DNA of 64,000 bases from Candidatus Multivoradales bacterium. Its GTDB lineage: Bacteria; Acidobacteriota; Thermoanaerobaculia; Multivoradales; JAHEKO01. The translations under genes were made by a program, and so were the position numbers. The notes beneath the pieces were generated by a model, which saw only the letters and a program-made list of their open reading frames with translations, was not told the origin of the DNA and did no database searches. Below, piece by piece: positions 46,130 through 56,885 of this stretch. The stretch lies in NCBI GenBank assembly GCA_965248055.1, contig CBDFIJ010000004.1, positions 2,432,001 to 2,496,000 on the forward strand. The letters are read 5' to 3'. Positions within the stretch are counted from its first letter, which is position 1; every line of letters starts with the position of its first letter.

Positions 46130-48619
46130 ATGATGAACCTGCCAAAATTCAAACGACCCGTTTTGCTGCTCACCACACTATTTCTGGTGTCTGCTTGCGC
46201 CAGTTACACCGGAGTGTGGGAAGCCAGGCAAGCCGAAGAAACGGGCGATTGGGATACCGCAGTCTTGCACTACTTGGAACTCACTGAGCGAGAGCCCAAC
46301 AACCTTTCTTATCGCACCGGCCTGATGCGTGCGCAGATGAAGGCGTCACAGGAACACTTGGAAAATGGACGCCTCTACTCGGAGGCTGGTTCCCTGGATG
46401 CCGCACTTCGGGAACTACAAAAGGCAGTGCAGCTGGACCGCAGCAATCAACTGGCACAAGTTGAACTGGAGAAAGCACGTCGAGCCGTGGCTGAGAGAGA
46501 GAGTGGAAAACGAGGCGAGAGTATTGAAGAGATGAAGAAGCGGGCTGCCGCCGAGCGCAGCCAACCACCGATTCTTAAACCTGCTGACGAGGAACCGATC
46601 GACCTGAGCTTTCCTCAGCCGCAAGACGTCAAAATTGTTTATCGAGCGCTTTGCGCTGCAGCCGGTATCAACGTCCTTTTCGCCCCCGATCTTCGCGACG
46701 CGACGATCCCAATCGAACTCACCGGAGTCACCTTCCAGCAGGGGTTGGAGTTGGTCATGCGCTCTGCCGGCCATTTCTACAAGGTCTACGCCGAAGACAC
46801 CATCTTCATCGCTGACGATACCCAGCAAAATCGCCGCTTGTATGAAGATCAAATGATCCAATCGTTCTTTTTGTCCAACGCCGACCCGGAGGCTGCTCTC
46901 AACGTCTTGCGCGCCTTGGTGGGTGCTCGTAACGTGGTGTCGAACGAAGACCTCAACGCGATTGTGATCAAGGATTCGGCGGATCGCGTGCGTGTCGCGG
47001 AGCAGATCATCGATACCTTCGACAAAGCCCGAGGAGAGGTGGTGGTCGATGTCGAGTTGTTGGAGGTCAACACCTCTGACTTACAAGACCTAGGCGTGAG
47101 CTTGAGTGCTTATCAAATTGGCCAAGGGCTAAATTTTGAAAACAATCAGGTTCCCTTGTCACAGGTGGAATTTCTCAATCAATCGGATTGGATTTTGTCG
47201 CTGCCGAGTTTGATCTACGATTTCGTCAAGGAGGAAACCAACGCCGAGATTCTGGCGCGACCGCAGTTGCGGATCAGCGACGGAGAAGACGCAGACTTAA
47301 CCATCGGCGAACAAGTGCCGGTTCCGGTCACCTCATTTAATTCGTCCCAGACAGTTGGTGGCAATATCGTTCCTCTAACCTCTTTTCAGTACCGAGACAT
47401 TGGAATCAAGATTCAAATCACTCCGCGCATCCACCACAACAATGAAGTCAGCCTGGTTGCTTCCATCGAAGTTTCCAGCATCACCGGGTTTGCTCCAGCT
47501 ACCGGAGGCGTGTCACAACCCCTGATTGGAACCCGACGCATTGAGTCGACCATTAGATTGAAAAACGGCGAGACGAACTTTCTCGCCGGGTTGCTGCGCA
47601 CCGACAACAGCGTGTCGAGTAACGGGGTTCCCGGGCTGAGTGAGATCCCGGTTTTGGGTCGGCTCTTTTCCAAGAAGAGGAAGCAGAAAGATCGTACAGA
47701 CTTGGTCTTGACGATTACCCCGCACATCGTACGGATGCCGGACATTACTCCAGAGGATCTGGCTCCCATTTGGGTTGGTACCGAGGAGAGCTTCTCGTTT
47801 CGCGGCGGTAGCCCTCGCATCGAGTCTGAGGAGAGAGGGCCGTTTGACGGTGAACAAGCGAGCGAATTGCAGCAACGGCTGCGTCGCCAATTGGAGGAAC
47901 TACCGCGAGATCTTCGCGAAAACCCCGACGCCGATGCGGACGAGGAAGAGGCTCCAGATACTTCGATCGTCGATCCGTCTGGTCCTAGTTCCCTGGGAGA
48001 CGGGAGAGACAATTCGTGGATTCCTGGGAAAGGTTCGCTGGCTAGCCCGTTTCAGTGGGTGGTCGCGTCGAATCGAATTCTTCAAGCGCAAACTGAAAGT
48101 GAGCCAGCGCATGCAGTTGAGGTTTTTCTAGCGGTCAACAGTGCGGTCTCCAGTCAGCGGGGTTCTGGAGGCGACCAACTCGGCGTTGCGATCAAGGTCG
48201 ATAGCCAGAAGGAGATTGCCCATCTTCCGATGGTCATCGAGTATGACCCAACGTTACTCAAGTTCGCTCAAATGACGACTGGCACATTTCTCGGCAGTGA
48301 CAGTGAGACCACAGCCATGGCCCACGAGCGCAAACCCGGGAGGCTGGTGATCGGGATCAGCCGCTTGGGGGATGGGGTTGGCTTCCATGGGCAGGGTGAA
48401 GCAGCCGTGTTGCAGTTCTACCAGGTCGCGCAAGGCGAATCAGAGATTGTCATTCGCCATGTCGCAGCGATGACTCCAGATTTGTCCCACATCAGTGACG
48501 TCCATTGGAGTGGGGTTAGGGTTGTGACCAACGAGCATGGGTTTATTGATAGGCCCGTTGAGGCAGATCCAAAAGAGCGTGCGAACGCCGCTCGCAGAAC
48601 GCGGCGACCTAGACCGTAG
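46130..48619 (+). CDS. lipoprotein secretin (GspD/PilQ family) with N-terminal TPR and C-terminal cohesin-like domain
   Basis: LVSAC lipobox; TPR helices; IGIKIQITPRIH, GVPGLSEIPVLGRLF, ITPHIV; C-terminal IEYDPTLLKF beta-sandwich. Confidence 0.92.
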   Translation: MMNLPKFKRPVLLLTTLFLVSACASYTGVWEARQAEETGDWDTAVLHYLELTEREPNNLSYRTGLMRAQMKASQEHLENGRLYSEAGSLDAALRELQKAVQLDRSNQLAQVELEKARRAVAERESGKRGESIEEMKKRAAAERSQPPILKPADEEPIDLSFPQPQDVKIVYRALCAAAGINVLFAPDLRDATIPIELTGVTFQQGLELVMRSAGHFYKVYAEDTIFIADDTQQNRRLYEDQMIQSFFLSNADPEAALNVLRALVGARNVVSNEDLNAIVIKDSADRVRVAEQIIDTFDKARGEVVVDVELLEVNTSDLQDLGVSLSAYQIGQGLNFENNQVPLSQVEFLNQSDWILSLPSLIYDFVKEETNAEILARPQLRISDGEDADLTIGEQVPVPVTSFNSSQTVGGNIVPLTSFQYRDIGIKIQITPRIHHNNEVSLVASIEVSSITGFAPATGGVSQPLIGTRRIESTIRLKNGETNFLAGLLRTDNSVSSNGVPGLSEIPVLGRLFSKKRKQKDRTDLVLTITPHIVRMPDITPEDLAPIWVGTEESFSFRGGSPRIESEERGPFDGEQASELQQRLRRQLEELPRDLRENPDADADEEEAPDTSIVDPSGPSSLGDGRDNSWIPGKGSLASPFQWVVASNRILQAQTESEPAHAVEVFLAVNSAVSSQRGSGGDQLGVAIKVDSQKEIAHLPMVIEYDPTLLKFAQMTTGTFLGSDSETTAMAHERKPGRLVIGISRLGDGVGFHGQGEAAVLQFYQVAQGESEIVIRHVAAMTPDLSHISDVHWSGVRVVTNEHGFIDRPVEADPKERANAARRTRRPRP

Positions 48620-48644
48620 GAATCAGCGTTGATTCCTACGGTCT
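48611..48644. repeat. perfect 15-bp inverted repeat between the secretin and pseudopilin genes
   Basis: AGACCGTAGGAATCA-GCGT-TGATTCCTACGGTCT; no U-tract. Confidence 0.85.
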
Positions 48645-48663
48645 GGAAACCCCGGCGCCAACA

Positions 48664-49161
48664 ATGAATAGCGAACTTGCGCGACCAACAACAACCAGTT
48701 TGGAGACCCAGAGGGTCTGTGGCTATACCTTGATCGAGTTGGTGGTGGTGGCGGCTCTGTTGTCAATCATGGCTTTGGTCGCGCTGCCGACCGCCAAATA
48801 CACCATGAAGCGCTCCAGAGAGCTAGAGCTGAGTTCTGCGTTGCGCCAATTGCGCTTTGCGATTGATGAACACAAACGCTACGCAGACGCCGGGTTGATC
48901 GCGATTGAACAGGGAACGGATGGTTATCCCGAGGAAATCGAGGTCTTGTATGAAGGCATCGAACTGGTGAATAACACAGACGGTGAGGTTCGGTTCTTGC
49001 GCAAACTGCCGGTGGATCCGATGACCGGTGTGGATGAGTGGGGTATTCGCAGCACTCAAGACGATACCGACTCCAATAGTTGGGGCGGCGAGAACGTCTT
49101 TGACGTTTACTCTGAGTCTGAGGGGATCGGTTTGAACGGGATACCTTACGCGGAATGGTGA
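48664..49161 (+). CDS. pseudopilin (GspG-like)
   Basis: G|YTLIELVVV; FLRKLPVDPMTG; DVYS..YAEW. Confidence 0.9.
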   Translation: MNSELARPTTTSLETQRVCGYTLIELVVVAALLSIMALVALPTAKYTMKRSRELELSSALRQLRFAIDEHKRYADAGLIAIEQGTDGYPEEIEVLYEGIELVNNTDGEVRFLRKLPVDPMTGVDEWGIRSTQDDTDSNSWGGENVFDVYSESEGIGLNGIPYAEW

Positions 49162-49586
49162 TGCGACAATATCGATCTCAAAAAGGTTCGCACGGCTTCA
49201 CTTTGATGGAGTTGATCGTAGTGATTACGGTGATCGGCATCTTGGCGGTGATGGCTCTGCCGAACCTTAAGAATGTCCCTCGACGAGCCAGAGAGTCGGC
49301 TCTGAAGAACAACGTGCATACCATTCGCAGCGTAATCGACCAGTACAAAGCCGATCGGGGGGTCTATCCGCCATCCCTCGACGAATTAGTGGAAAGAGGG
49401 TACTTGCGCAGTGTGCCACTCGATCCGATCACTAAGAGCCGGAGTACTTGGCAACTGGAGTACGAGCAAATCGATAGTGAGGACCCGCCAGTGGAGGCCG
49501 ATGAAGACCAAACGCAAGGGATATTCGACGTTAAGTCCGGTGCCACGGGGGTCGATCTGCATGGCGTTCCCTATGCTGAATACTGA
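49155..49586 (+). CDS. pseudopilin GspG-like
   Basis: G|FTLMELIVV; YPPSLDELV..YLRSVPLDPIT. Confidence 0.9.
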   Translation: MVMRQYRSQKGSHGFTLMELIVVITVIGILAVMALPNLKNVPRRARESALKNNVHTIRSVIDQYKADRGVYPPSLDELVERGYLRSVPLDPITKSRSTWQLEYEQIDSEDPPVEADEDQTQGIFDVKSGATGVDLHGVPYAEY

Positions 49587-50385
49587 CCGGTATCGGCCTA
49601 TCAACAGCGGCGGATACACCCTGGCGGGCCTGATGGTGGTGCTGGTAGTTCTTGAGATCTCCCTCGCTGTCTCTTTACCGTTGTGGAGTGCTGCTGTGAC
49701 CAGAGACAAAGAAGAAGAGATGATCTTTCGTGGCCTGCAGTACGCGGAAGCGATTCGCCTCTTCCAAGTGCAAAATGGTCGCCTCCCCGCAAGTTTCAAG
49801 GAGATCGTGGAGAACCAACCCAGAATCTTGCGTCAAGCCTGGATCAATCCGATTGAGGAGGAGATGGGATGGTTGCCGGTGATGCAACTGGAAGGCTCAG
49901 CGAATGGTCTTCAGCAAAGGCAACAGGACGGGCAAGGAAGGCAGGGTGCTCAAGCTGGGTCGGATCCGAGGCAAGACAACTCTGACCGAGATCGCCGTCG
50001 TCGTCGAGGCCGGGGTCAGAACGAAGAAGAAGAGCAACCGGAGCCTTTCCTCGGCGGCAGTTTAGAAGATCTGGAAGACAATCAGTACGGTCCATTTTCG
50101 GGCGTCAAACCGGGATCCACGGGCGAGTCGATGCTGGTCTATCTGGGCAGCGAAGACTATTCGGAATGGGAGTTTGCTCCCGAACATCTGATCCAACCGC
50201 CTAAACCCGATGGCACTTTGCCCACCCCACGACTGTGGTCGCAACGATTCTGGGTGCCGCTTCCAGGCATTGAACCAGAGAGCGGAGAAGGCCCTTCAGG
50301 ATTGGGCAACAATCAGCAGAACTTGGGCTCGCAGAATCAGGGTTCACAAAATCAGGGAGAGCTTCGGCGCAGCCGCCGTAATTAA
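49573..50385 (+). CDS. minor pseudopilin lacking Glu5 (GspK/PilX-like role)
   Basis: G|YTLAGLMVVL; RDKEEEMIFRGLQY; YSEWEF. Confidence 0.8.
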   Translation: MLNTDRYRPINSGGYTLAGLMVVLVVLEISLAVSLPLWSAAVTRDKEEEMIFRGLQYAEAIRLFQVQNGRLPASFKEIVENQPRILRQAWINPIEEEMGWLPVMQLEGSANGLQQRQQDGQGRQGAQAGSDPRQDNSDRDRRRRRGRGQNEEEEQPEPFLGGSLEDLEDNQYGPFSGVKPGSTGESMLVYLGSEDYSEWEFAPEHLIQPPKPDGTLPTPRLWSQRFWVPLPGIEPESGEGPSGLGNNQQNLGSQNQGSQNQGELRRSRRN

Positions 50386-50403
50386 CCACAATAAGACATC
50401 AGG

Positions 50404-50865
50404 ATGATGCCGCCCCAGTTGTTGCAGATCACTGTCGCTCGATTGCCTCACGCGCAAGGCCTTCCCTTGCCCAGCCGCGGCTCGTCCCAGGCCGCCGGTT
50501 GGGATCTTCGAGCGGCGCTGAGTGAGCCGATTTCGATCGAGTCGTGCGAGCATCGGAGCATTCCTACCGGATTGCAAATCGCGATCCCCAGCGGTTGGGA
50601 GGGGCAGGTGCGACCGCGCAGTGGGCTGGCGGCTCGATCTGCGATCACGCTGACCAACGCTCCGGGAACGATCGACAGTGACTACAGGGGAGAGATCAAG
50701 ATCTTGATGATCAACCACGGCCAAGAGCCGGTGACCATCTACCACGGCGAACGCATTGCGCAGTTGCTATTTGCACCGGTTCCGGAGGTCGAGTGGATCG
50801 AAGTCGAGTCGCTCATTGCGACCGAACGCGGCGAAGGTGGTTTTGGGTCTACCGGCATTGACTGA
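50404..50865 (+). CDS. dut: dUTP diphosphatase
   Basis: AAGWDL, RPRSGLA, PGTIDSDYRGE, RIAQL, RGEGGFGSTG. Confidence 0.97.
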   Translation: MMPPQLLQITVARLPHAQGLPLPSRGSSQAAGWDLRAALSEPISIESCEHRSIPTGLQIAIPSGWEGQVRPRSGLAARSAITLTNAPGTIDSDYRGEIKILMINHGQEPVTIYHGERIAQLLFAPVPEVEWIEVESLIATERGEGGFGSTGID

Positions 50866-51091
50866 CGGTTACCAACAACATCGTTGCAGTGAGGTGACGA
50901 CGAAGTCGTCACCTCAAAATGCTTTCCACCCGGATAAATATTGATTCTGGTTTGGTTGGAACGAGAGACCGAACCGCAGTGCGCTTCATGGATAAATTCA
51001 CGGGCGGGCTATGTTCCACTTCATCATCGCATTCCGCCTCTGCCTAGCGTCGGACAGATCCCCGCCTCCGCTCCCGACCTGCTGCGGGGAT

Positions 51092-51125
51092 AAAGAAAAA
51101 GGCGCGACCCCGAAGGGCCGCGCCT
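51092..51125 (-). terminator. Rho-independent terminator after the TonB-dependent receptor gene
   Basis: Minus strand AGGCGCGGCCC-TTCG-GGGTCGCGCCT followed by TTTTCTTT. Confidence 0.85.
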
Positions 51126-51151
51126 GCAGCTATGAAACTTTGCGTATGAGC

Positions 51152-54100
51152 TTAGAAGCTGACCCGCACGCCGAACTTGGTCTTCCACCGACTGTTGATC
51201 GAATGAAGATCGAAGATCGGGTTGTTCTCCGGATCCGTAATCTGTCGGAACAGGGTGTAAATCGGCTTGCCAGCAGCATTGACACCCTCGACCTCAACAA
51301 TACGCTCCGCGTTGAAGTTGACGTAGCGCAGGACACCCGAGTCCTCGTCGATCAGGTTCATCAAGTTGAGGACGTCCCAAGTTATTTGTAGATTGACACC
51401 CTTGACCGGAATCGATTGCGCGATATGCAGATCTAAGGTGTGGTTGGTCGGTGCGTTAGAACAGTTGCGCGGAGCTATGCTGCCGCGGTGACTGCTCAAG
51501 CAACTATCCGCTTCGATGAAGGCGTTTAACTGTTCCCAGGTCCCTCCTCGTAGCTCGACGTCGTTGGCGGTTGCCGGGACCCAGAACAGGTCATTGCCTG
51601 TTGACCGGTCACCGTTAACGCTGGCACCAAAGCCGAAGTTAAAGAAGTCCGAGCCCATCATCCAAGAGAACGGCCGACCGGATTGGACGTTGTAGAACGC
51701 GGAAACAAGGGTTGAATAAGCACTACCCTGATTGAACGTGTAGCTGACCGAGGCGTTGATACGGTTCTCCACCTCCCAATCAGAAGTATTTGACTGTGGG
51801 TTCTGCGGGTCAACTTGCTCGTTGAAGTTGAAGTTGGAGACCGCGCGGCTGGACGAACCGTCGTTGACGGTATTCGACTCACCAAACGCGTAAGAGACGA
51901 ACCAAGACAGCGGACTACCAGAAGAGGGCTTCTCCAGCTTGACCGCGATATTGGTGGCGTCGCCTTCAGAGGAATTGGTGATCAAATATGCATCGCCGCC
52001 AACAACCCTTGAATACTCCGGGGCACCGTAGAACGTGGTGCCGACTTGTTCGAGGTCAGCCCTCTGGTAGGCGATCTCTTCGAGGCTATCGGAATAGACC
52101 AACTCAACCGAACCGTTCAAACCCCAGGGAAGTTGCCGGTCATAGGCCAAGTTGTAGCGCGCAAGGGTAGGAAACTTGAAGTTGGGATCGATGAAGTTGA
52201 ACTCACCAGATGTGGGGCGGGCTCCGGCTCCGATGTTTGCCGCCTGACCAAATGGGTCAGCGATAAACGGAACATTAGCTGCCTTATAGAAGGTCTGTTC
52301 GATACCAGTGCGGCCATATTGGTTGGAGATCCAAACATACGGTGAGCGTCCGGCAAAAATGCCTAGACCACCACGCAACTGCGACCGGGCGTCACCGTTG
52401 ACATCCCAGTTAAAGCCGAAACGGGGTTGAACCAGCATCTCTCCATCAGGCATTTCACTGGTGTCGAAGCCGTAAGTCGCTACGGTTGTAGGATTAAAAG
52501 TCGGGCTATCAGGAAAAAATGGCGCATCGATGCGTAACCCGTAGGTAATCGTCACATCGTCGCGAACTCTCCATGAATCGCCCGCGTAGAGACCAATCTG
52601 TTGCACGTCAAATTTTTGAGTATCGGATTGACCCGGGTTGACCTCGGTGTAGTTCCAGTCTTCGACAATGCCGTTTTCGAAGTCATCTAGGGTGTCGAAT
52701 TCGTAGGCGCCGAGCGCGTTTTGAATGAACAGATTATCGAAGCCAAAGAACTCGTTGTGAGTTCCCAGGGTGATGGTGTGATCGCCCTTGAGCCAGGTGA
52801 AATCGTTGGTGAATTCAATCAAGTCTTGGTCAAGCGAGTTACGGCCAGAAAAGGCATCGCTGCCGGCCTCAAATTCGCCACTTCCACGACCGGCAATGTT
52901 CTCAATCTCGATCCAGGGGAACAGAGGGAGGTCACGCGGTGCGCGGCGGTCTTCGATCGTCTGCGAAGCAAAGCGAGCCTCATTAAACATGGTGCTCGAA
53001 ATTGTGCTGTCCAACTGGGCGACCGTCGAGTTGGTTTCGTTACCCTCAGCGTAGGTCTCACTTGAGAACTCGAAGGTAAAGCCATTCGGTCGGTTGGTGT
53101 CGTCGCCAGCGTCGACGAAGTTGTGACGCACCGTTAAGCTGTTCTGGTTGTTCAAGTTGACGTCAACACGGGCAAAGTACTTGTCCGATGGATTGTCTTT
53201 GATGTTTTCGCCCAGCCCCCCTGGGTCATAGCCATAGCGGTCGGCGAGAATCTGGCGAAAGCGATTGGCCTCGTCGACAAAGCCAAATGTCTGACCGGAA
53301 GAGCCATCAATCGACCAACCGGTTGGGGTGGTGCGCTCCTCGATGTCGGCGTTGATAAAAAAGAAAGCCTTGTCCTGCGACAGTGGTCCGCCGAGACGAA
53401 ATCCGTACTGATCCTCGCTGAATTCACCTAGGGCACCGAGCTCTGCCGGCCCATCACCGAAGTTGCTGTTGTCGCGGGTAAAGTAGAACAGCGACCCTTC
53501 CCAGTTGTTGGAGCCGGAGCGGGTGACCGCGTTAATGCTGCCGCCTGAAAAACCACCTTGACGCACGTCGAACTCGGCCAGCACCAGCTGAACCTCTTGA
53601 ATCGCGTCCAAGCTAATCGGGGTGCTGCCGACACGACCGGCTGGGGTTCCCGAATCACTCAAGCCAAACAGGTCGTTGTTGACCGAACCGTCGATTTGCA
53701 GGTTGTTCATACGGCCACTACGACCAGCGATACTGATCGCTTCGGAGTCCTCGTTCTCGCCGCCCACCGTAATGAACGGATTGGTGCGGGCGAAATCGTT
53801 GAGACTGCGGGCGATGGTCGGTAGTGATTCAAGCGCCTCGGTGCCGACGTTGGATGCCGCTCCGGTACGGCTGCGGTTGATGAAGGTCGCTTCACCGACC
53901 ACAGTTACGGTGTCGGAAAACTCGGCAGAAGGAAGTTCAAACGAGAGCTGAGCGGCAGAACCCAAGGAGACCGAGATATTGCTCGCCACCTGGGGAGTGA
54001 AGCCGTCCATAGCTACTGAAACAGTGTAAGGGCCGCCAACCCGGACCGGGCCGATGGCAAATCGACCGTCTGCCTGGGTCGTGACAACGTACTGACGCCC

Positions 54101-54265
54101 GGTCGGGTTATGCAGTGCAGTTACCGTAGCACCGGGAAGGTCAGTTCCCTCGGTGTCGCTAACAGAGCCTGTGATCGAGCCTGTCGTTGAACTCTGAGCA
54201 CTCAAAGAGGCTGAGGCAACAAACATCGCGAACACGGCGAGAAAAACAAGTCCTCTACGCTTCAT
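51152..54265 (-). CDS. TonB-dependent receptor (Oar-like) with carboxypeptidase-regulatory-like N-terminal domain
   Basis: AGGAG RBS before ATG 54265; signal peptide; LPGATV; IDGSVNNDLFG; GGSINAVTRSGSN; C-terminal VRVSF. Confidence 0.93.
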   Translation of the reverse strand: MKRRGLVFLAVFAMFVASASLSAQSSTTGSITGSVSDTEGTDLPGATVTALHNPTGRQYVVTTQADGRFAIGPVRVGGPYTVSVAMDGFTPQVASNISVSLGSAAQLSFELPSAEFSDTVTVVGEATFINRSRTGAASNVGTEALESLPTIARSLNDFARTNPFITVGGENEDSEAISIAGRSGRMNNLQIDGSVNNDLFGLSDSGTPAGRVGSTPISLDAIQEVQLVLAEFDVRQGGFSGGSINAVTRSGSNNWEGSLFYFTRDNSNFGDGPAELGALGEFSEDQYGFRLGGPLSQDKAFFFINADIEERTTPTGWSIDGSSGQTFGFVDEANRFRQILADRYGYDPGGLGENIKDNPSDKYFARVDVNLNNQNSLTVRHNFVDAGDDTNRPNGFTFEFSSETYAEGNETNSTVAQLDSTISSTMFNEARFASQTIEDRRAPRDLPLFPWIEIENIAGRGSGEFEAGSDAFSGRNSLDQDLIEFTNDFTWLKGDHTITLGTHNEFFGFDNLFIQNALGAYEFDTLDDFENGIVEDWNYTEVNPGQSDTQKFDVQQIGLYAGDSWRVRDDVTITYGLRIDAPFFPDSPTFNPTTVATYGFDTSEMPDGEMLVQPRFGFNWDVNGDARSQLRGGLGIFAGRSPYVWISNQYGRTGIEQTFYKAANVPFIADPFGQAANIGAGARPTSGEFNFIDPNFKFPTLARYNLAYDRQLPWGLNGSVELVYSDSLEEIAYQRADLEQVGTTFYGAPEYSRVVGGDAYLITNSSEGDATNIAVKLEKPSSGSPLSWFVSYAFGESNTVNDGSSSRAVSNFNFNEQVDPQNPQSNTSDWEVENRINASVSYTFNQGSAYSTLVSAFYNVQSGRPFSWMMGSDFFNFGFGASVNGDRSTGNDLFWVPATANDVELRGGTWEQLNAFIEADSCLSSHRGSIAPRNCSNAPTNHTLDLHIAQSIPVKGVNLQITWDVLNLMNLIDEDSGVLRYVNFNAERIVEVEGVNAAGKPIYTLFRQITDPENNPIFDLHSINSRWKTKFGVRVSF

Positions 54266-54458
54266 TCGGATCTCCTTCTGGGGGATTCCACAATTGGAAT
54301 CGCTAAACATATTGGTTTTCAACAGATTACAACGACATGGACCAAAACAGGGTCAACATCATTGGCGAAGCGTAGCACGTTTTGTGCTGTTTCAGGGGCA
54401 ACGATGTGACTGTCTTGTTACGGCCTAAGTTCAACCCAGAATTGGGAGTTTAATCTTC

Positions 54459-55148
54459 TTAGTGTCTCACGATATGGGTTGACGAGATCTGATCTCGGGG
54501 TCGAATGACGACCTCAGAGACGTCATCTGTGGTCAACGGAGTCGTCCTCTGGTAGAGGACATCTGCTCGTGTTTGATCTCCGCCGAAGCGAACCACCGAA
54601 AATCCTGTTTCGACCAGTTCTGGGCAGATCTCTGAGATGCGCACTGGGGTTGTGCTGAGTTCTTGGCGTAGCGTTCGAGTGATGGTGCGAACCGCGTGCT
54701 TGGTATTGTTGTAGCCCGCGCCCGTTGGGTAGGTTTCAAATCCAGCGGGCGAAGAGAGGTTGATTACTTGACCAACGGTGGCGTGCAGCAATTTTGGCAA
54801 TAATGCTCGGGTAACCTTGAGCTAGCCCCAGCACGTTGGTCTCAAACCTCGTTTGCCAGTCGCGATCATTGAAGGTGGAAATCGGATCCAAACCGGACGC
54901 TAGTCCTGCATTGTTGATCAGGACATCGACTCCTGAGATGTCGTTGGCAAAAGCTTCGATGCTGGTAGGTGAGGTGACATCCAAGGACAGAGTTATTGCG
55001 CCGATAGCTGCAGCAATCTCTTGCAGTTGCTCGATGTGGCATGTATCAACAATCACTTGACTCCGGCTCGGGCGAACGCGCGTGCCGAGGCGGCTCCAAT
55101 CCCTGAGCTGGCCCCGGTGATCACCACTGTCCGTCGTGTTGGTTGCAT
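54459..55148 (-). pseudogene. frameshifted SDR oxidoreductase (YdfG-like)
   Basis: Three frames: MQPTRRTVVITGASSGIG..VK* (TGA 55053-55055); ..LDVT..INNAGL..; ..SSPAG..YNNTK..; C-terminus shortened. Confidence 0.85.
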
Positions 55149-55153
55149 TGCGG

Positions 55154-55810
55154 TCAGACTTCGGCCGATGGGCATAGGTCGGCAAGAACACATTGGCCGC
55201 ATTTTGGTTTGCGGGCGTCGCAAACCGCCCGTCCGTGATCAATCAGCAAGTGCGACCACAGGGTCCAATCTGTTTTCGGTACTAACTCAATCAGGTCTCG
55301 CTCGACTTTGACCGGGTCTTTTTGTTCGGTGAGTCCCAGGCGGCGTGACAGTCGTCCAACGTGGGTGTCAACAACCACCCCATCGTCAATCCCAAAGGCG
55401 TTGCCCAGAACTACGTTGGCAGTCTTTCGTCCGATGCCGGGTAGTTTGACCAGCTCTGCCATGGCGTGCGGTATCTCGCCGTCGTGTCGTTCCACCAGGG
55501 CGACTCCCAACCCGTGGAGTGACTTCGCCTTGTTGCGGTAGAAACCGGTCGAGCGAATCATTTCTTCGAGTTCTGGCAGAGAGGCTTGCGCGTAGTCAGC
55601 CGCCGCCGGGTAGCGAGCAAACAGGGCTGGGGTCACAAGATTGACTCTCTTGTCCGTGCACTGCGCTGAAAGGATCGTTGCCACAGTGAGCTGCAGGGAA
55701 TCTTGGTAGTTAAGTGCACACTTGGCACCGGGATACTCGACCTTGAGCCGTGTCAGGACGGTGTTGGTCTGTTTGACAACGGACGCAGGCAATTTCTTCG
55801 TCGCAGGCAT
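55154..55810 (-). CDS. nth: endonuclease III
   Basis: [25 protein letters not shown]-x6-C-x2-C-x5-C. Confidence 0.97.
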   Translation of the reverse strand: MPATKKLPASVVKQTNTVLTRLKVEYPGAKCALNYQDSLQLTVATILSAQCTDKRVNLVTPALFARYPAAADYAQASLPELEEMIRSTGFYRNKAKSLHGLGVALVERHDGEIPHAMAELVKLPGIGRKTANVVLGNAFGIDDGVVVDTHVGRLSRRLGLTEQKDPVKVERDLIELVPKTDWTLWSHLLIDHGRAVCDARKPKCGQCVLADLCPSAEV

Positions 55811-55817
55811 GGGAGAG

Positions 55818-56402
55818 CTAGTTGGCGGAAGATTCGACCAAGTGGTCGGTGACGGGCGCGATTGAATAGGGCGAAATACCTGCTCGCGTCAATGCCACCC
55901 CCCAGATGTCTGCTTGGTCTCTAGAGAAGATGAGATCCGGCTGACAAGGCAGGACGATCCAGTCGTGGCGACTAAATTCTTTCGCCAATTGGTCGGCATC
56001 CCAACCGGCGCTACCGAGGACCAAGCGAAACGCCTCTGGGGGCTGTCTGGCCAACAGCTCTAAATCTTTGGAGTTATGGGTCAGTAGGAGCCCCTCTCCG
56101 ACCGATAAGAATTGGTCGACAAGTTGTGCCCGTGCGCTTTCGTCAACCAAGATCGAACCCCGTTGGGGATCGACCGGGCCGCCAAAGAAGGTCGGCTCCT
56201 CGGCGTCTCCGGTCCACTCGATCTCCAAGCCATCGAGAACTTCGCGCACGGTCAACTCGGTCGGTCGGTTTACGATCATGCCGTAAGTTCCTTCTTCGTT
56301 GTGGTCTAAGACCAACACTAGGGATCGGCGAAAAAACGGGTCGTCAACGTGTGGCATGGCTGCGAGAAACGACGGAACCTGGAGGTCGAGGAGTTCACTC
56401 AT
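55818..56402 (-). CDS. YqgE/AlgH family protein
   Basis: [29 protein letters not shown]. Confidence 0.9.
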   Translation of the reverse strand: MSELLDLQVPSFLAAMPHVDDPFFRRSLVLVLDHNEEGTYGMIVNRPTELTVREVLDGLEIEWTGDAEEPTFFGGPVDPQRGSILVDESARAQLVDQFLSVGEGLLLTHNSKDLELLARQPPEAFRLVLGSAGWDADQLAKEFSRHDWIVLPCQPDLIFSRDQADIWGVALTRAGISPYSIAPVTDHLVESSAN

Positions 56403-56466
56403 GGAGGGCTGATCTTATCGTCAAGCTGGCAGCCGGAAGACGAGTTGCGATGAGAGCGCCGAGAAC

Positions 56467-56494
56467 AAAAAAGGTCGACCCATTTGGGTCGACC
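56467..56494 (-). terminator. Rho-independent terminator after the tRNA
   Basis: GGTCGACCC stem followed by U6 on the minus strand. Confidence 0.85.
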
Positions 56495-56503
56495 CTAAAT
56501 TGT

Positions 56504-56581
<78 letters not shown>

Positions 56582-56885
56582 TCGGGCCGGCAAGGATCTC
56601 ACATGTTTTTGAATGGCGTCAACCACTGTTGATCGCAATCATGCATTGACCTGGTTTTCCTATGAGTAAGCGAGGCGCGAGGATCAGATTTTTTGCCGCT
56701 CGAATGCTGGTCAGGTCCTCCACAAGAAGCTATGCTTACGTTGTCTGGAGAATGGTATCGAATTGTAATGGACAATCCGGTCCTGTTTGAGTGTGGTGGT
56801 GTTCCTGCCGCCGCTTGTCACTGGGCGATAAAATTGGAGGGTGGAGATGATCAACCAAAGAATCGAACTCAACCGTTTAGGATCA

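Noticed and set aside
50890-50916. 12-bp hairpin after dut as an intrinsic terminator
   Set aside because: No U-tract follows on either strand; it may still protect a 3' end, but cannot be called a terminator.
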